A stretch of 60,000 nucleotides of DNA from Lama glama (taxonomy: Eukaryota): NCBI GenBank assembly GCA_028534125.1, contig CM052816.1, positions 101,062,001-101,122,000 on the forward strand, in the 5' to 3' direction. Shown here one piece after another: positions 1-12,439 of the stretch. Under the pieces are notes generated by a model, which saw only the letters and a program-made list of their open reading frames with translations, did no database searches and was not told where the DNA came from. The position numbers were made by a program, and so were the translations under genes. Position 1 is the first letter of the stretch, and every line of letters starts with the position of its first letter.

Positions 1-769
1 CCTGCCGCTGGCACCTCACCTCTTGCAGCCCCAGGGCCAGTCAGGCCAGAGCCCCACCTGGGGGGCGCCCCTTTTGCCTCCTGTAGGAGCTGTGTTTGCT
101 GGGGTAGAGGACATAACAGGATGGAGAGAAACCTGGCCTGATCCCGCCGCGTCAGAGCAGGCTCCGCACAGAGACCTTCCTCGTGGTGCTTTCGGTCCTG
201 TCTCTGCGTTCAGCCACACCGCCGCTTCCCCGGGATTCGAACGCTGTTCCCAACAATTGTCCCAGGGCCCTTAGAAATCTTTAAGTCACGGGAAGTTTAA
301 CTTGTTTATACGTACATAAAGGTATTTTGGATATCAGTCAAGTCTTATGTTGTCATCCTTGGTCTGAGACTTGAAAAGAGTTTGTGCACGTGTGTCCGTG
401 TATGCATGGGTGGTGTGTGTGTGTACACACGTGGGTGCAGTGGGTGGGAACTGAGGCAGTGGAACTGCTGTCAGGGACTCTGCAGACTGACCTGGAGCCA
501 GTGACATGCAGGGCCCTGATGTCCCCTGTCACAGGGTTGCCTCTGAATTTTGAGTCATTCTCTGCTGGAGTGATCGGTCTCAATTTGATCTGAGGTCTGA
601 GCACATGTTCTGACACGTTCCGTCCATCTCGGGGCCTCGGCCAGCTCCTCAGGCCAAGGGGAGACTCACATTCTACAGAGCAAGACAGGCGGGGAAACCC
701 GTGCACAGCCAGCCCGCACAAAACGGTGAAGATCTCAGGTACAGAAGGCACTGCAGATCCTTAAGAAAG

Positions 770-1530
770 TCAAAGGAGCCAACAAAAATGGGGCAAAGAC
801 AGGGACAGGCGGTGTCCAAGCAAACCCGTGGACTACAGTCGATCTCGCTAGTAATCAGGAAATGAGAATAAAATTAAATGAAGTGCGTGTTTGCCATTAG
901 ATGTGCAAAAGTTAGTTTCCTGGTTATCCAGGTGGAAAGCTGGCTGTGAACAGAAATTCCTGTAGCCCACTGGTAGTGGTGCTCCGGAGGCCAGACGGGC
1001 AACTCCTACATGTAAACACGAGTCCTTCCCGACCCCACTCTGGGCCTTATCTCAGCAAAATACTTGCCCACAAAGAAGAATCCAGAAGGCTGCTCTCAGC
1101 AGCAGCGTTTGTCTTGACAGATGAACGGAAACTAGTCAAAGCCAGAGGGGGTGAAGGTTAAGTCAAAGATGACATGATCCCGGGAGGGGAGGGCACTCGG
1201 CCTCAAACGCCAGGGCTCTCAGCTGTCACAGATGCCAGCCGCTCATATTTCTTAGTGTTAAAGGTAAAGAAGTTGGACATCAGTGTGCAAAGCATGTTTT
1301 CATTTATGTAAAAAACTTGAATCTAACCACATGTTTTTCCAAGTAAAAATATTTAAGTAACAGCGTAAGGAAAGTTCTGGGACAACAAACACCAAAACAG
1401 CAACTATTTGTGCCCCTGGAGGGGAGAGCGGGAGGGGGCAGGAATGGAGCGAAAGGCTTCATTTTTTGCTGTAGGTTTTTGGGTTTTTTTCTTGAGGATT
1501 TATGTTTATATTTTACTTTTATAATTGATA
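770..1530 (+). mobile_element. Old L1 (L1ME-like) ORF2 end / 3' UTR, degraded
   Basis: Segments 'aaaaatggggcaaagac', 'ctagtaatcaggaaatgagaataaaatt' and 'tttcatttatgtaaaaa...aacaccaaaacagcaac' resemble old L1 3' regions; recalled consensus only. Confidence 0.55.
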
Positions 1531-2040
1531 CCTAGGAGGAAAACGTAAGAATCTGTGAACAATCTGCTTGTTGAAAAGAATTTGAGTGTGTAAGAGTGTG
1601 AGAGGCAAAGAGACACCCGGCCCGGGCAGGCCCCCATCCCGTCCCCAGTTCTCTCCCTTGCAGGGGGCGCGGCTCCTTCCTTACCAGGCGTGGGCTCTGT
1701 CCAGTCAGGGTCCGTGTGTGCGGGGCCCAACCCAGGTGCCCACGCCGGGACCACCCCCACGGTCGGAGCAGCTCCCAGGTCTCGTTTAAGAGAGACTGAC
1801 CCAGGCCCTGCTCTGCACTCAGACCCTGCATCTCCCTGCCCCACCAGGACCCTCTCCCATTTCTGGTTTAAGCTGGCTTAGTGAGCCACTTTCTGCCTGC
1901 ACCTGGCTGCAGGCACCTGCCCGCATCTGCACGGTTCCCTTCCTCCTTTCTTTTTGGGGGCTGCAGGGTCACTGGACCATGAGCAACAGAGCTCGCTAGA
2001 TGTTTGAACCCAGTATAATCCATTCTTAAACGCTTCTGTC

Positions 2041-2435
2041 TTTTTTCCTGAGGTGTAATTGATGTACGACAGTGTATCAGCTTCAGGTGTACAACACCGA
2101 TTCAGTGTCTGTGTGTTACAGGATGGTCACCACAGTAAGTCTAGTCTGCATCTGTCACTGCTCACAGTTACAGCATTTTTTTTCTTATCATGAGAACTAA
2201 GATTTACTCTAGCAATTTTCAATTATGCACTACTGTGTTACTAACTTCCGTCACCACGTGGTGAATGACATCCCCAGGACGTGCATTTATTTTGTAATTA
2301 ATAGTTTGTATCTTTTCTTCTGACCCCTCCTATACCCGCTTCGCCCGCCCCCACCCCCACCTCTGGCCACCGCCTGCTCGCTCTCTGCTCTCAGTTTGGG
2401 GTGTTTTTCTCCCCTAGATTCCACATATAACAGAG
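2041..2435 (-). mobile_element. L1 3' UTR fragment (L1MA/L1MB-type)
   Basis: Antisense L1 3'-end pattern: 'tttttcctgaggtgtaattgatgtac...ttcaggtgtacaaca...tagattccacatataa'. Confidence 0.8.
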
Positions 2436-2584
2436 TTTTTTTGGTATTTTTGTTTTCTTTGAGTAAACATCCAGGAGTGAGGGGCACTGCTGGGTCACAT
2501 GGTAGCTCCTCTTCTCCCCTCCTGCCCTGCTCTGACCCTGCAACGTGCGGTGGAGAAGACAGCTCCCTCTCGCTTGTCTAGCCA

Positions 2585-2748
2585 GAGGTGGGCAGCCCTG
2601 GCCACAGCCTGTCTTGTCAATAAAGTTTTACTGGGACACACTCCTGGTGGGCGCTCCCCCTGCAAGGCACGCTGAGCAGCCGTCTCGGAGGACCTACAAT
2701 GTCTGCTCTCTGGCCTTTTCCAGAAGACGTTCGCCCACCCTGTTCTGG
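2585..2748. mobile_element. MER58-like hAT-Charlie DNA transposon fragment
   Basis: 'gtcaataaagttttactgggacaca' and 'ctctggccttttccagaagacgttcgcccaccctg' match recalled MER58 hallmarks. Confidence 0.65.
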
Positions 2749-3494
2749 AACACCCTCTACGGCAAGTGGTCTCTGACCCCCAGCCCACGTCGTGTGTGAG
2801 TGGACGTCATGGTGTCAGCTTAGCAAGCAGCCTGCCGAGGCCTTAGGGTTTTCATTTCTGCTCTAAAGACCTTTGAACACGTATTCATCAGAAAGAAAAA
2901 TGTAAATAAAGACAAAGAAGATTTAAAGAGAATGTCACACCCCCGCCTCGCCCCCCAGCAGGCACTTCCCTCCCCACCCGACTGAACACGCTTTCGAATC
3001 AGATCACACCAGGCAGGCTGTTTGAGACCTTCCTCCGACCATCTGGATGCTTTCCTGAGAAGGACCCCATCCTTCCTTCCTGCCGTCACCCAGGCCGTTC
3101 TTGACTTCTGGTTGTTGCTGCAAAATTTAGATCTTGAAAAGATGAACTTTCCCTAAATTTAACATTTAAAGCCTTAAGAACTCATTGAATCAGTTTTCTC
3201 ATCGTGAGGAAGAATTTATTCTTTGGGAAGAATGAGAAAGAAACATCAGGGTTGTGTTTTCAGTGAGAAATCCTTCCTCTGACACAGCATCTCCGGGTGG
3301 CTGTGCGCCTTCCTTCTGCGTGGCAGGGTGGACAGGAGTAGAATCGTATTTCATTCTCGTGCGTTATGTGCCGACTGGCTTTAGAAAGAGCCCTCCCGCG
3401 TGCACGCCAAGTGGGTACAAGTCTAAGATGGAAAATAAGGAGGAAATTAACTTATTTCACTAACTGCTCTTACGAGAGGGCGGGACCACTCCCC

Positions 3495-3660
3495 TGGCGC
3501 TGCCGTAACAAGTGATCAGACTTGGCATGTGAAAGCATCGGAAAGTTGGATGATCTCACCTCAAGATCCCTAATCACATCCGCAGAGACCCTGCTTCTAG
3601 ATGAGGTCACATTCTCAGAGACATACGCTTGTGGGGGAGGTGCTGTTCAATGCACTGCAA
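3495..3660 (-). mobile_element. MLT1 (MaLR) LTR fragment, internally deleted
   Basis: 'gctgccgtaacaagtgatcagacttgg' ... 'taatcacatccgcagagaccctgcttctagatgaggtcacattctcag'. Confidence 0.6.
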
Positions 3661-5118
3661 GTGGTATTGAATTTTTTTGAACAAATTTCATTTAAATTCT
3701 TGTTAATAGATGATATATTTGAATTGTTCAAAACGCAGGCCGCCCGAGGCTGCGGTGATGTCTGTCTCTCGGACCCCAGAGCCAGTTTCTCTCCTCGGAA
3801 TCGGGCACGCCCCTCAGCTCCTGAACCACCTTTTGGTTTTGTCCTTGAATCAACAAGCAAACCCCTGTAGCTCCCGTGCCTGCCCCAGTTCTGTGCAGCG
3901 TCCTAACTTGAGGCTGCGTCTGGGTGGTGGCTCCTGTTGGCAAACGCGGGGCACCCCTATTCTGTCCCCACGCGGTCCTGCCCCGATTTCCTCAGCAAGT
4001 TGGTGTAAGCTATTGCAAGCGTTCTTTTTGATTTAGGGCATTTTTTTGCATCCATATGAATATTTTCCTTTCCTTTTTCATTCATGAGACGTTTTGTCCC
4101 ATTTTGTAATCAGTGGTTATGACTTCCAATTAGAGGTCAGGTTTTTGTTTTTTTTTTCCTCCAAGTTCCTACTTGTCATTTTTCCGTTTTAAAAAACACA
4201 GGGAGAAAAATGAGACATTTACAGAACAAAGGGAGCTGTTTTGCATTGCATGAGAAATTGACTTTGGCTCTGTCGATATGCAGAAAGAGCTGTCAGGAAG
4301 CTGGCCCCGGCGGGCCTCAGGGGTCCAGCCAAGCAGCCCCCACGTGTGGGGCTCAGGCAGATTCCTCACCTGGCTGGCATCATGAAAGATTCATCGCCTC
4401 CTCCTCAGAAAGTGATGCATGCTTTTCCTGACACCGGGGTGCGGTTTTACCCAACATAACAGGGGTTGCTGTGCAAAGCCCTGGCAGCCCGTCTGCTGGC
4501 TCGCGGGACGTCTAGAGCGTGGCTTTCTCCTCCGATTTCTGCCTGAAGGTACAATGGTTCTTTCTGTAGTAATAATAGTAATGTGTAATCACCTATCCTA
4601 AAACGAAGCCACAGGTTTTCGCTTAGCAGTTCGATCGGTTTAATCACCTAGCGTGACATTCGCGGTAGAAGAAAGGGGTCTTCTCTGGTCAGCGAGTCAG
4701 GCTTTGGACTGTGCTCTGATTTATCCGTTCTGCATCACACGCTCTGCTAAACTCTTGGGGCTGTGTGAGTTCCTGCAGCGAAACAGTCCCGCCGGGTCAC
4801 CTGAAGCCACGTGCTCAGCTCTACGCTGTCCACGGCAAGACCCGGGGGCTGCGAGCAGCAGCGGTGTGAGCCAGACGTCGGTGGTGGCGCGCCTGCGTGG
4901 GCAGGCCCGTCGGGGGCCCTGCGGGCTGCTGCGGCGGCTCTCCGTGCCCGGGTTTCCCGGTCGCTCTCTGTCCCCTCAGCACCTGGACTCGTGGTGCCTG
5001 GTTTCCATTTTAACGGCAACCTCAGGGCACAAGGTGGTGGCAGTAAGAAATAAAAACTAAAATGGAAATTTTAGAACTAACTAAATAAAATAAAATACAT
5101 TCCTGAGATAACACTAAA

Positions 5119-5141
5119 AATACATACATACATACATACAT
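5119..5141. repeat. (ATAC)n microsatellite
   Basis: atacatacatacatacatacata read directly. Confidence 0.9.
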
Positions 5142-6464
5142 AAAAGTGGAACCTCAGAACTGCCCATGACAGAGGGACAGAGAACTTGGGAAAGACGCCG
5201 GCGTCTGAGCCGGCCTTTCGCCCCCTTAAAAATGCAGAGCTGATTTCAGCCAGGAGCACAGCCCTGAGTCGCCCGATCACGCGTGCCGTCGAGTCACGGG
5301 GCATCTGAGTCTGAGACAGCAGACGGAGCCCAGGCTCTGTGCTCGCCTCACTGTGCCGGGCCGTGTCCTCGGTCCAGGGACGACCCGCGTCTCCCACCTG
5401 CACTGGGTCCGCGGCCGCTGCAGGAAGGAGCTCCGGTCCTCAACATCCTCCCTGCCCCCGCGGCTGCAGCTCCACACTGATCTGGTCCTGCGTGAGGGAC
5501 ACGGAGCTGCTAGGGGAGGGCGTGTGGCCTTGCTCCTCCATCCTGCCCGGGCACAGCCTTTGACAGTTTGTGGACTGAGCCCTTTGCCTGTTACTGTGAA
5601 TTTGTGACAGGTTATTTTTTTTTTTTGCATATTCTCAATATTAGCTGTAATCTTTCTAGAACTGAATTCTATTTCAGGTGCCAGAAACTAGAATACGAGC
5701 CCAAGGTGGAAGATGGCCGCCTCTGAGGTCCAAGGCCCAATACGCCGGGTGGCCGAGGGGGGCTCCATTGCCCCTGCACGTCCTTTGCAACCAGGCCCAC
5801 ACACAGGGGCACCGCCGCCCCACGAGGTTGGGGACTTCACCCCCAGACCAAGGCTGCTGCCGGGTCGCCCCTCGCCCTCACATCCCGCTGGGTCCGGTGG
5901 TCGCTGCAGGGGCACCTCACATACATGGTGCCCGGAGCCTGCCGGACCCCACAGCTCAAAGCCAGGCCCTGCCAGGAATGGCCTGGCCCCTCCGGCTCTG
6001 CTCAGACCCCTGCTTCCTTGAGGAGCAAATGCAGACCCAGGAACCCAGGAGGCTTGCCTGTCCCCAGCCACCGCCTCCTCCGGGTCCTCCGGGACTTGCC
6101 AGGAGCAGCTCCAGGCTGGGGCGGGCTTGGCCCGCTTCCTTTGCCGTCACACCCTCAGTGCTCCTGCCGCAGAGCACGACCCTGTCTCACGCGTGTGTTT
6201 ACCCCGTGGCCTGGCACCCGAGGCGCGTGGATGGGGCTCTGGAGGATGCTTTTTGAGGCCTGCGTGGGGAGACAGCCACCCCCAAGCCCAGGGTGAGGGG
6301 GCAGCTCTCCCAGGACAGGGGTGAGGGGTCACTGGAAACCAGCCCTGGGGGAGGCCAGGAGAGTGGGGAGAGAGGTTGGAGAGACTGAGGCGCAGCTCCT
6401 CTGGGGGGCGGGGACGTGGTCAGTGGCACTGCTGTTTCGTACCACTTACTGTGTTTGTAGTTCC

Positions 6465-6625
6465 GACACGGGCAGCAGCCAGCTGGCCGTCTGCAGATCT
6501 GGAAGGAGCGCTTGCCAGAGATGGAGTCCACCCGCACCACGGTCTCCGATGTCCAGCCTCAGGACATCTTGTTGTTTAAGCCACCCCTCTGAAGTCTGTT
6601 GTTAAGGCTGCCTGAGCTGGAAGCA
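6465..6625 (+). mobile_element. MLT1 LTR 3' fragment
   Basis: 'gtccagcctcagga...ttgttgtttaagccacccctctgaagtctgttgttaaggctgcc' resembles the MLT1 3' end. Confidence 0.6.
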
Positions 6626-7199
6626 CAGAGAGGTGACCCCAAGTCCTCGGGTGAACTTCAACTCCCCTGGGTGCCGGCTGTGGTCCCCGCCCCTCATCGG
6701 ATTCTGCCCAGAGCCCCTCTGCACACCAACTGGCCCCTGGAGGGTCAGCGAGTGGCTCCACGCTCACTCCCTGCGGGGTGCCGAAGCCCCTCCCGCCCTG
6801 CCCTCCCCGGAGCACACGTCCACCCACAGAGAGGCTGGGGCCACCGCCCTGCCCGGCTTTCCTCCCCCTCTGTCCTTGCCTGCGCCCCCGGCCCCAGCCC
6901 ACAGACTTCTCCCCAGGCCAGCCTTGGAGGTTTCAGAGAAGAGACTTGGAGATTTGTTATGGAATCCACCCCAGTTCTAAGGCCAAAGCGCCCCTCTTCC
7001 TCCTTGGAACACAGCAACAAAGCAAATTGGGAAATACTCCCCCAGAGCACGAAGGCGGGTGGCTTAGTCGCCCAGGGAAGCTCAGGTGCGGGAGAACTCC
7101 GGACGCGGTTTCGTTTCTCCCCCTTTGAAAGTTCTGGGGAGGGTTCGTTGTGCACGTTGCAGACAAGATTTCGCCAGACTCCCCAGTCTCACTCTCTTT

Positions 7200-7360
7200 T
7201 CTAATAAACCGGCGTAAAGTAGAATTTATTTACATAACGCAATGATCCATGAAGGTTACCATAGCACTGAGGGACCATATTAGCCGCTTGAGTGGAATTC
7301 ATTAGAAATTAACTACCACTTAAATTAATTTTCCCACAGTCACAGGCTGTAATGGCGGGG
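7200..7360. promoter_or_regulatory. AT-rich non-repeat island, candidate conserved enhancer
   Basis: AT-rich stretch in GC-rich surroundings; FOX-like TATTTAC at 7227-7233, TAAATTAATT at 7321-7330, several TAAT/ATTA cores. Confidence 0.4.
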
Positions 7361-7774
7361 AAGGGACCGTCCATCAGCGGTGCTGTCAGGGGACCTGCCA
7401 CCACTGTTATTTATAGGTGAGAGCCGGGGCCCGCGGAGCAGGCGCACTAGCCAGACTCCCAGCCCCGATTCCACGCATTAATAAGAATCTGGCCTCACTA
7501 GCCCACCCTTTCCAACACAGAGCCTGGGGCGACATGGAGTGACTCTGGTCCTTGTGACCTGCAAACAGAGGGGTGACGCATTGTTTTAAAAACCACGTCC
7601 TGAGACACGTTCCTCCAAGCACACCTGGCCTTTCCCAGAACCTTTAGTAACACTGGGTGCAGAGCCCAGGTTCAGGTTAATGCTCAGGACCGTCCCACAG
7701 GGCCTTCCAGGGACATGGTCACCCCAGGGGACACGGCCGACCTTCAAAGAAGGCACCCCTTCAGAAAGGCAGAA

Positions 7775-8045
7775 TGTGTGTGTGCGCACACGTGAGTGGT
7801 GCACGTGTGCACGTGTGTGCACATGTGTGTCTGCACATATGCACATGCATATATGTGATGCCTTCACGCACTGTGTGGCGTGTGCACAGGGGTTCGTGTG
7901 CACTGTGTGGTGTGCTTGTGAGGGGGAGGTGTACGTGTGTGTTCTCATGTTGGTGTCTGCATGCATGTGGTATGAGCACATGTGTGTGTGTGTGTGCGTT
8001 CATATGGTATGTGTGCTTGTGGACATGTTTGTACATGAGTGTGCC
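7775..8045. repeat. TG/TGCA-rich low-complexity tract (alternating purine-pyrimidine)
   Basis: tgtgtgtgtgcgcacacgtgagtggtgcacgtgtgcacgtgtgtgcacatgtgtg... Confidence 0.85.
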
Positions 8046-10054
8046 CATCTGAATGGCACAGCAGAGGGAAACCGCTTTGCCCGAGCTGCAGATTTTGGAG
8101 CATGGAGGGGGGGGGAGTGGCCAGATCCTGCACTGAGGACGCCACAGGCTTGTCCCAAGGGTTTGCTGTCCAGCTGGACCCTAGTTGGGCTGCCTTCAGG
8201 GTCCCCATGACATTCCTGAGACAAGGATCAGACGCTCCACTTGGTCGGGGTTGAGTGTGACTCTCCCAAGACTGAGGTCAGGGCACCTCCAGGCCAGAAA
8301 GCTGAGTGTGGCCCAGCGGGGAGGAGGAAGGGACCACAAGGCCATATCCTGGCTGGACCCGTAGTCATGTGCACACACATTGTGCATGTATGTGTGAGTG
8401 CAGGAGAGGCAGGGTGAGGGGGGACATCCCTGCAGGAACCGGGGTACTGGGCAGGGGCCGGGGGGGCCCAGCTGAGGGGCCTGGGGAAGAAGAGGGGAGG
8501 GGGAGGGCAGAGATCTAGAATGTTCCTGCGGGAATTCCTGGGCTGCATTTTCCGGCTCCTCGACTCACAACCCCAGGCACCGTCCTGGGGGCCCAGAGCT
8601 GGCACTCAGGAGGCCGTGGGCAGGAGGACACGCGTGCCCCAGCCTGGACCAGTCAGCTTCTGACGTCCCCCGGGCGACGCTGTCGGGGTCCCCCCCCAAC
8701 AAGGTCCAGGGGACTGTCTGCCCTGTGAGCTGGGCCCTCCCACTCTGTTCTGGGGGTGAGGAGGGTGGCTGGAGGCCAGTGACGAAGGCTGCCGGGAGTC
8801 TGGGCCGAGAGGGCCGGGACCCTGGCCCCAGGGCAGGCGGATGGAGACACCGTCCTCAGGAAAAGTGAGGGCACCTCCAAGTTTAAACCCCAGCCAGGAC
8901 TGCTGCTCGCCGCGGCAGCAGCTGCGCACCCACCTTGGCCCCTCTTGGGCACCCCCACCCCCAGCTTCTCCCAGAAAGTGCAGGTGTGGGCGTGGCTGCA
9001 AGCCAGAGCCGCAGCGTGGAAACATCCCAAGGCCAGTTTGGAGAGGAGACACCCGGGGTTGGGCTAACCCACCCCGTGGGGCCTGTGGCCTTGGGCGGGG
9101 AGCTGCCCCCAGGACAGACACTGCCCTCCTCTGAAGGGTGCCTCCCCGGCGGAGCCGGGCTCTGTGGCCCCTGAACCTGTGCACAGCGTTTGCTCCCTGC
9201 GCTCTTTCCCGGGGGAGTGCGGCTGGCTTTCACCAGATGTGCAGAAGGGGCTGTGAGCGGACGGTGGCGGGTGCCCCAGCCATAAGGGGCCCCCGCTCTG
9301 GTGACGCTGTTTGCCTCTCTGGATCCGGGAGTGAGCCCTCCAGCGAGCGCGGCCGCCACCTGCCGTTTCAGGCCCGTCCATCGTGTGCTGCCTCCGGCCT
9401 CTCCCCCCAGCTCCGGGCGCCGGGCCCCGTGCCTCTGCTGGCAGGTGACTTCCACGAGGCGACGATTAGCTGGCACTCCACGTTCCTCTTAGTGCGGAGC
9501 TGTTTTCTTCGCCTCCAATTCCGCAAACTGGAAAACAGCACATAGCCTGAGGCCACCCGGAATAACGCCGGTGTCGCGCGTTAAAAAACGTATTTGTTCC
9601 GTGCCGTCCGAGGACGAATGATCGACATGTAGAAACGTTTGCCGCTTTCCTTTCAGGGAACACTTAGTTTAGAATTAACTTCTGTCAAGGCAGCACCGCG
9701 GCGGCGCCCACCCCGTGTTATTTCCCAGGGCTTCTGCCTTCCAGGGAAAGCGCAGCGCTGTGTTTGACACGTGTGGTTACAAGTCTGCAGAATCTCCTTA
9801 CGGTTCCCCGCTGTTATTGTTTCTCTTTAGGAAAAGCCACTCATTAGAACCAAACAGCAGCTCGCGTTCAGGAGAAACAAGTCAGTTCGGGGAACTGGTT
9901 ACCCCCGGTGGAGCCAGCCTGATCTATCCGGCTGTCTGGGGAAAACGGGCCTGGGACTTAGGGGACAGAAACCCAGCCCCTGGCCTGTGGGGATGAGGGT
10001 GAGACCTGGAACTGCCACTCCTCCTGGGAAAGGGCACCCGGACAGCACCCCAGC

Positions 10055-10345
10055 GTGCAACACGGATGCACACACACATGGATGTGGGTGTCCACACGCA
10101 CTCACATGTACACGCACACCTACCCTATGTGCACATGCCATATACTGGATGCACATGCACACGCATACACACATGCACGCACACACCATGTGCACACACA
10201 TGCCCACACACACCCGTGTGTGCACCACAGGCGCAAACATGTACACATGCACACACATCACACGTCTAGCTACACGTGTGTGCACACGCCCACACACATG
10301 CACCATGTGCACACACTCACATGTGTATGCACACACACACACCCT
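10055..10345. repeat. CA/TGCA-rich low-complexity tract
   Basis: gcacacacacatgg...catgcacacgcatacacacatgcacgcacacacc...; source of the H/T/C/M-rich ORFs. Confidence 0.85.
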
Positions 10346-10824
10346 GCCCTCTCCAGGACAGAGGGCTGGCCTGGGACAGACAGCAGTGGACAGATGTCAG
10401 TCTTCAGCACAGCCTGTGGTCACCCCGCAAGAGCAGCATTCTGGCTGGAGGGCCGGGGAGTCCCGGGGCGGCTCAGGAAGGCCCAGCCCAGCCTCCGCAC
10501 CTGCACGTCTGGAGCCGGGGAGACGCCTGACGCTTTGCCGCCCCTCGGAGCCAGCTTACCACTGCGTGGGGCCCCCTTGCCTCTGCAGCGGCTCCGGGCT
10601 GGCAGGCATGGCCTCGCACCAGCCGGTGTTTCATGGCGCTCACTTTCGGTGATGGCAGAAGCAGAGGCAGGGCCGTGTCCTTCAGTGTCCACTGCTGAGA
10701 CAAAGAATCGGACACTGACAGCAGCAGACTCACTCCACACCGCCCAGCCGGGTGAGGAGCTGGGTCTCCTGATGCCCCCAAGATCCCACCCACTCCCCGA
10801 GCCACTGTCCTCCTTGGTCATCAC

Positions 10825-11181
10825 CCAGCTTGGTCAGCTGGGGCCGCGAGGATAGAAAACCGCAGGCTGGGCGGCTCGTGCATCACACATTTCTGTTCCC
10901 ACGTCCTGGAGCCTGGAGCCCGAGACCGAGGCCCCAGCAGGGCTGGCTTCTGCAGCGGCCCCTCTCCTTGGAGCGTCCTCAGTGGTCCTCCCTCCCTGTG
11001 TGTCCGTGTGCTGGTCGCTGCTTCTTGTAAGGACAGGGTCCTGTGGGATTGGGGCCCCCACACCCGCCCCCTCTAACTCCAGTTGCCTCCTTACAGCCCA
11101 TCTCCAGCACGGCTGCAGTGGGGCCAGGGGTCACCTGTGGAATTTTTGTGGGGCGGGGGGCACACTGCTCAGCCCGTGGCA
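10825..11181 (-). mobile_element. MLT1B-like solo LTR, strongly GC-shifted
   Basis: Order of motifs matches antisense MLT1B: 'cgcaggctgggcggctc', 'tcctggagcctggagcccgagaccgagg', 'cttcttgtaaggaca', 'cccatctccagcacgg', 'gaatttttgtgggg...cagcccgtggca'. Confidence 0.75.
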
Positions 11182-12439
11182 CATGCCCTCTGTCTCATTA
11201 AGCACAGCGGCCGCTCGCTGCTGCAGCCACACGGGGACTTGCAGGGGCTCTCTGGGTGAAACAGGGGTGCACGTCTTCCGGGCTGAGCTCGCACTCCCAA
11301 CTAACACACATCCAGCCGGGCTCCCGAGGTCCCTCGTCTCCGCTTGGCAAGGTCTGTGCTCACGGTGGGCTCCGTGCCCACTGTCTCTGGGAGGTCCTGG
11401 AGGAGGCGATTCTGTGTGCCCTGAGGCTCGGGGAGTCTTTACAGACACCGCCGCGCACCCTGTCCTGCCCCGACCGTCCAGGTGGGGGTCTGGGGGAGGG
11501 GGCCAGAGGGAAGTGAAGACAGAGTGATCTGTCCCAGGAAAAGAGCTGGGTCCCCCTCAGGGTTTCAGGGGTGGAGGCTGTGGGACTGAGCCTACGCCTC
11601 CCCGCCCCCACCGCAGCCAGGGTGGTCGGGCGCTGAGGGAGAAACCATGAGCGTGTGAGTGTGGCAGCCACCGGAAGTGGACCAACTGCGAGGTCCTGGA
11701 AGCCCCATGTGCCCAAACCAGGGCGCACCTACAACAGCTTGAGGACTGCGTCCTAGAGAGACCCCGTGAGGACCCTGCACCGCAGAAGAAAGGACAGCAC
11801 GCGGCCCTCGCCTCCAGGGTCTGATGCGAGGAGCTCCAACCAGCAACCCCCCCCCAGCGCTGGGGGTCCAGTTTCCGACCAACTCGATGGCCGTCGGAGC
11901 CCAGCACCCCCACCCCCACCCCACCTCACCCCAGTGCGTTCTGAGACATCGCTCTTCTAGAAAGAGCCCCCCGAGCAGCTCGGAAGACGGGCGGCCTTCG
12001 TATCGCTCCTCGCTAAGAATCTGCAGGATGAGATCACTGCAGAGCATAGTCTGACTTCTGCGACTGCACTGGGTCCTTTGATATTTTGAATCACAAGCAC
12101 AATTCATAGTTGCTTCTGGGAACTCGGAGATCACAGACAGGGTTAGAAGGAAACTACTACATACTACCCCAGCCTTCCGAGAAAACAGACGTGGGCTCTG
12201 TAGGAACGGGGACTGACCTCTGCACGGCGGGCGCTCCCGGCAGCCCCCCACCCCCCAGCCGCCAGCCCCCAAGGTCTGGGCTCACCAGCGCGGCTTGGCC
12301 AAGGATCTCACGTAAGGGGAACCGCTTGGTGTAAACCAGCTGGTGTTCAGCGCCTTCCCTCATTCGTTCGAATCTGACTTCTTGCATCTTGTTCCTGTCT
12401 GATTGCACGGGCTGACCTCGGTACAGCACTGATGAGCAG

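Noticed and set aside
9987..10855. His/Thr/Cys/Met-rich ORFs resembling metal-binding proteins (also 7586-8210)
   Set aside because: They are translations of CA/TG low-complexity tracts and are open in several frames on both strands.
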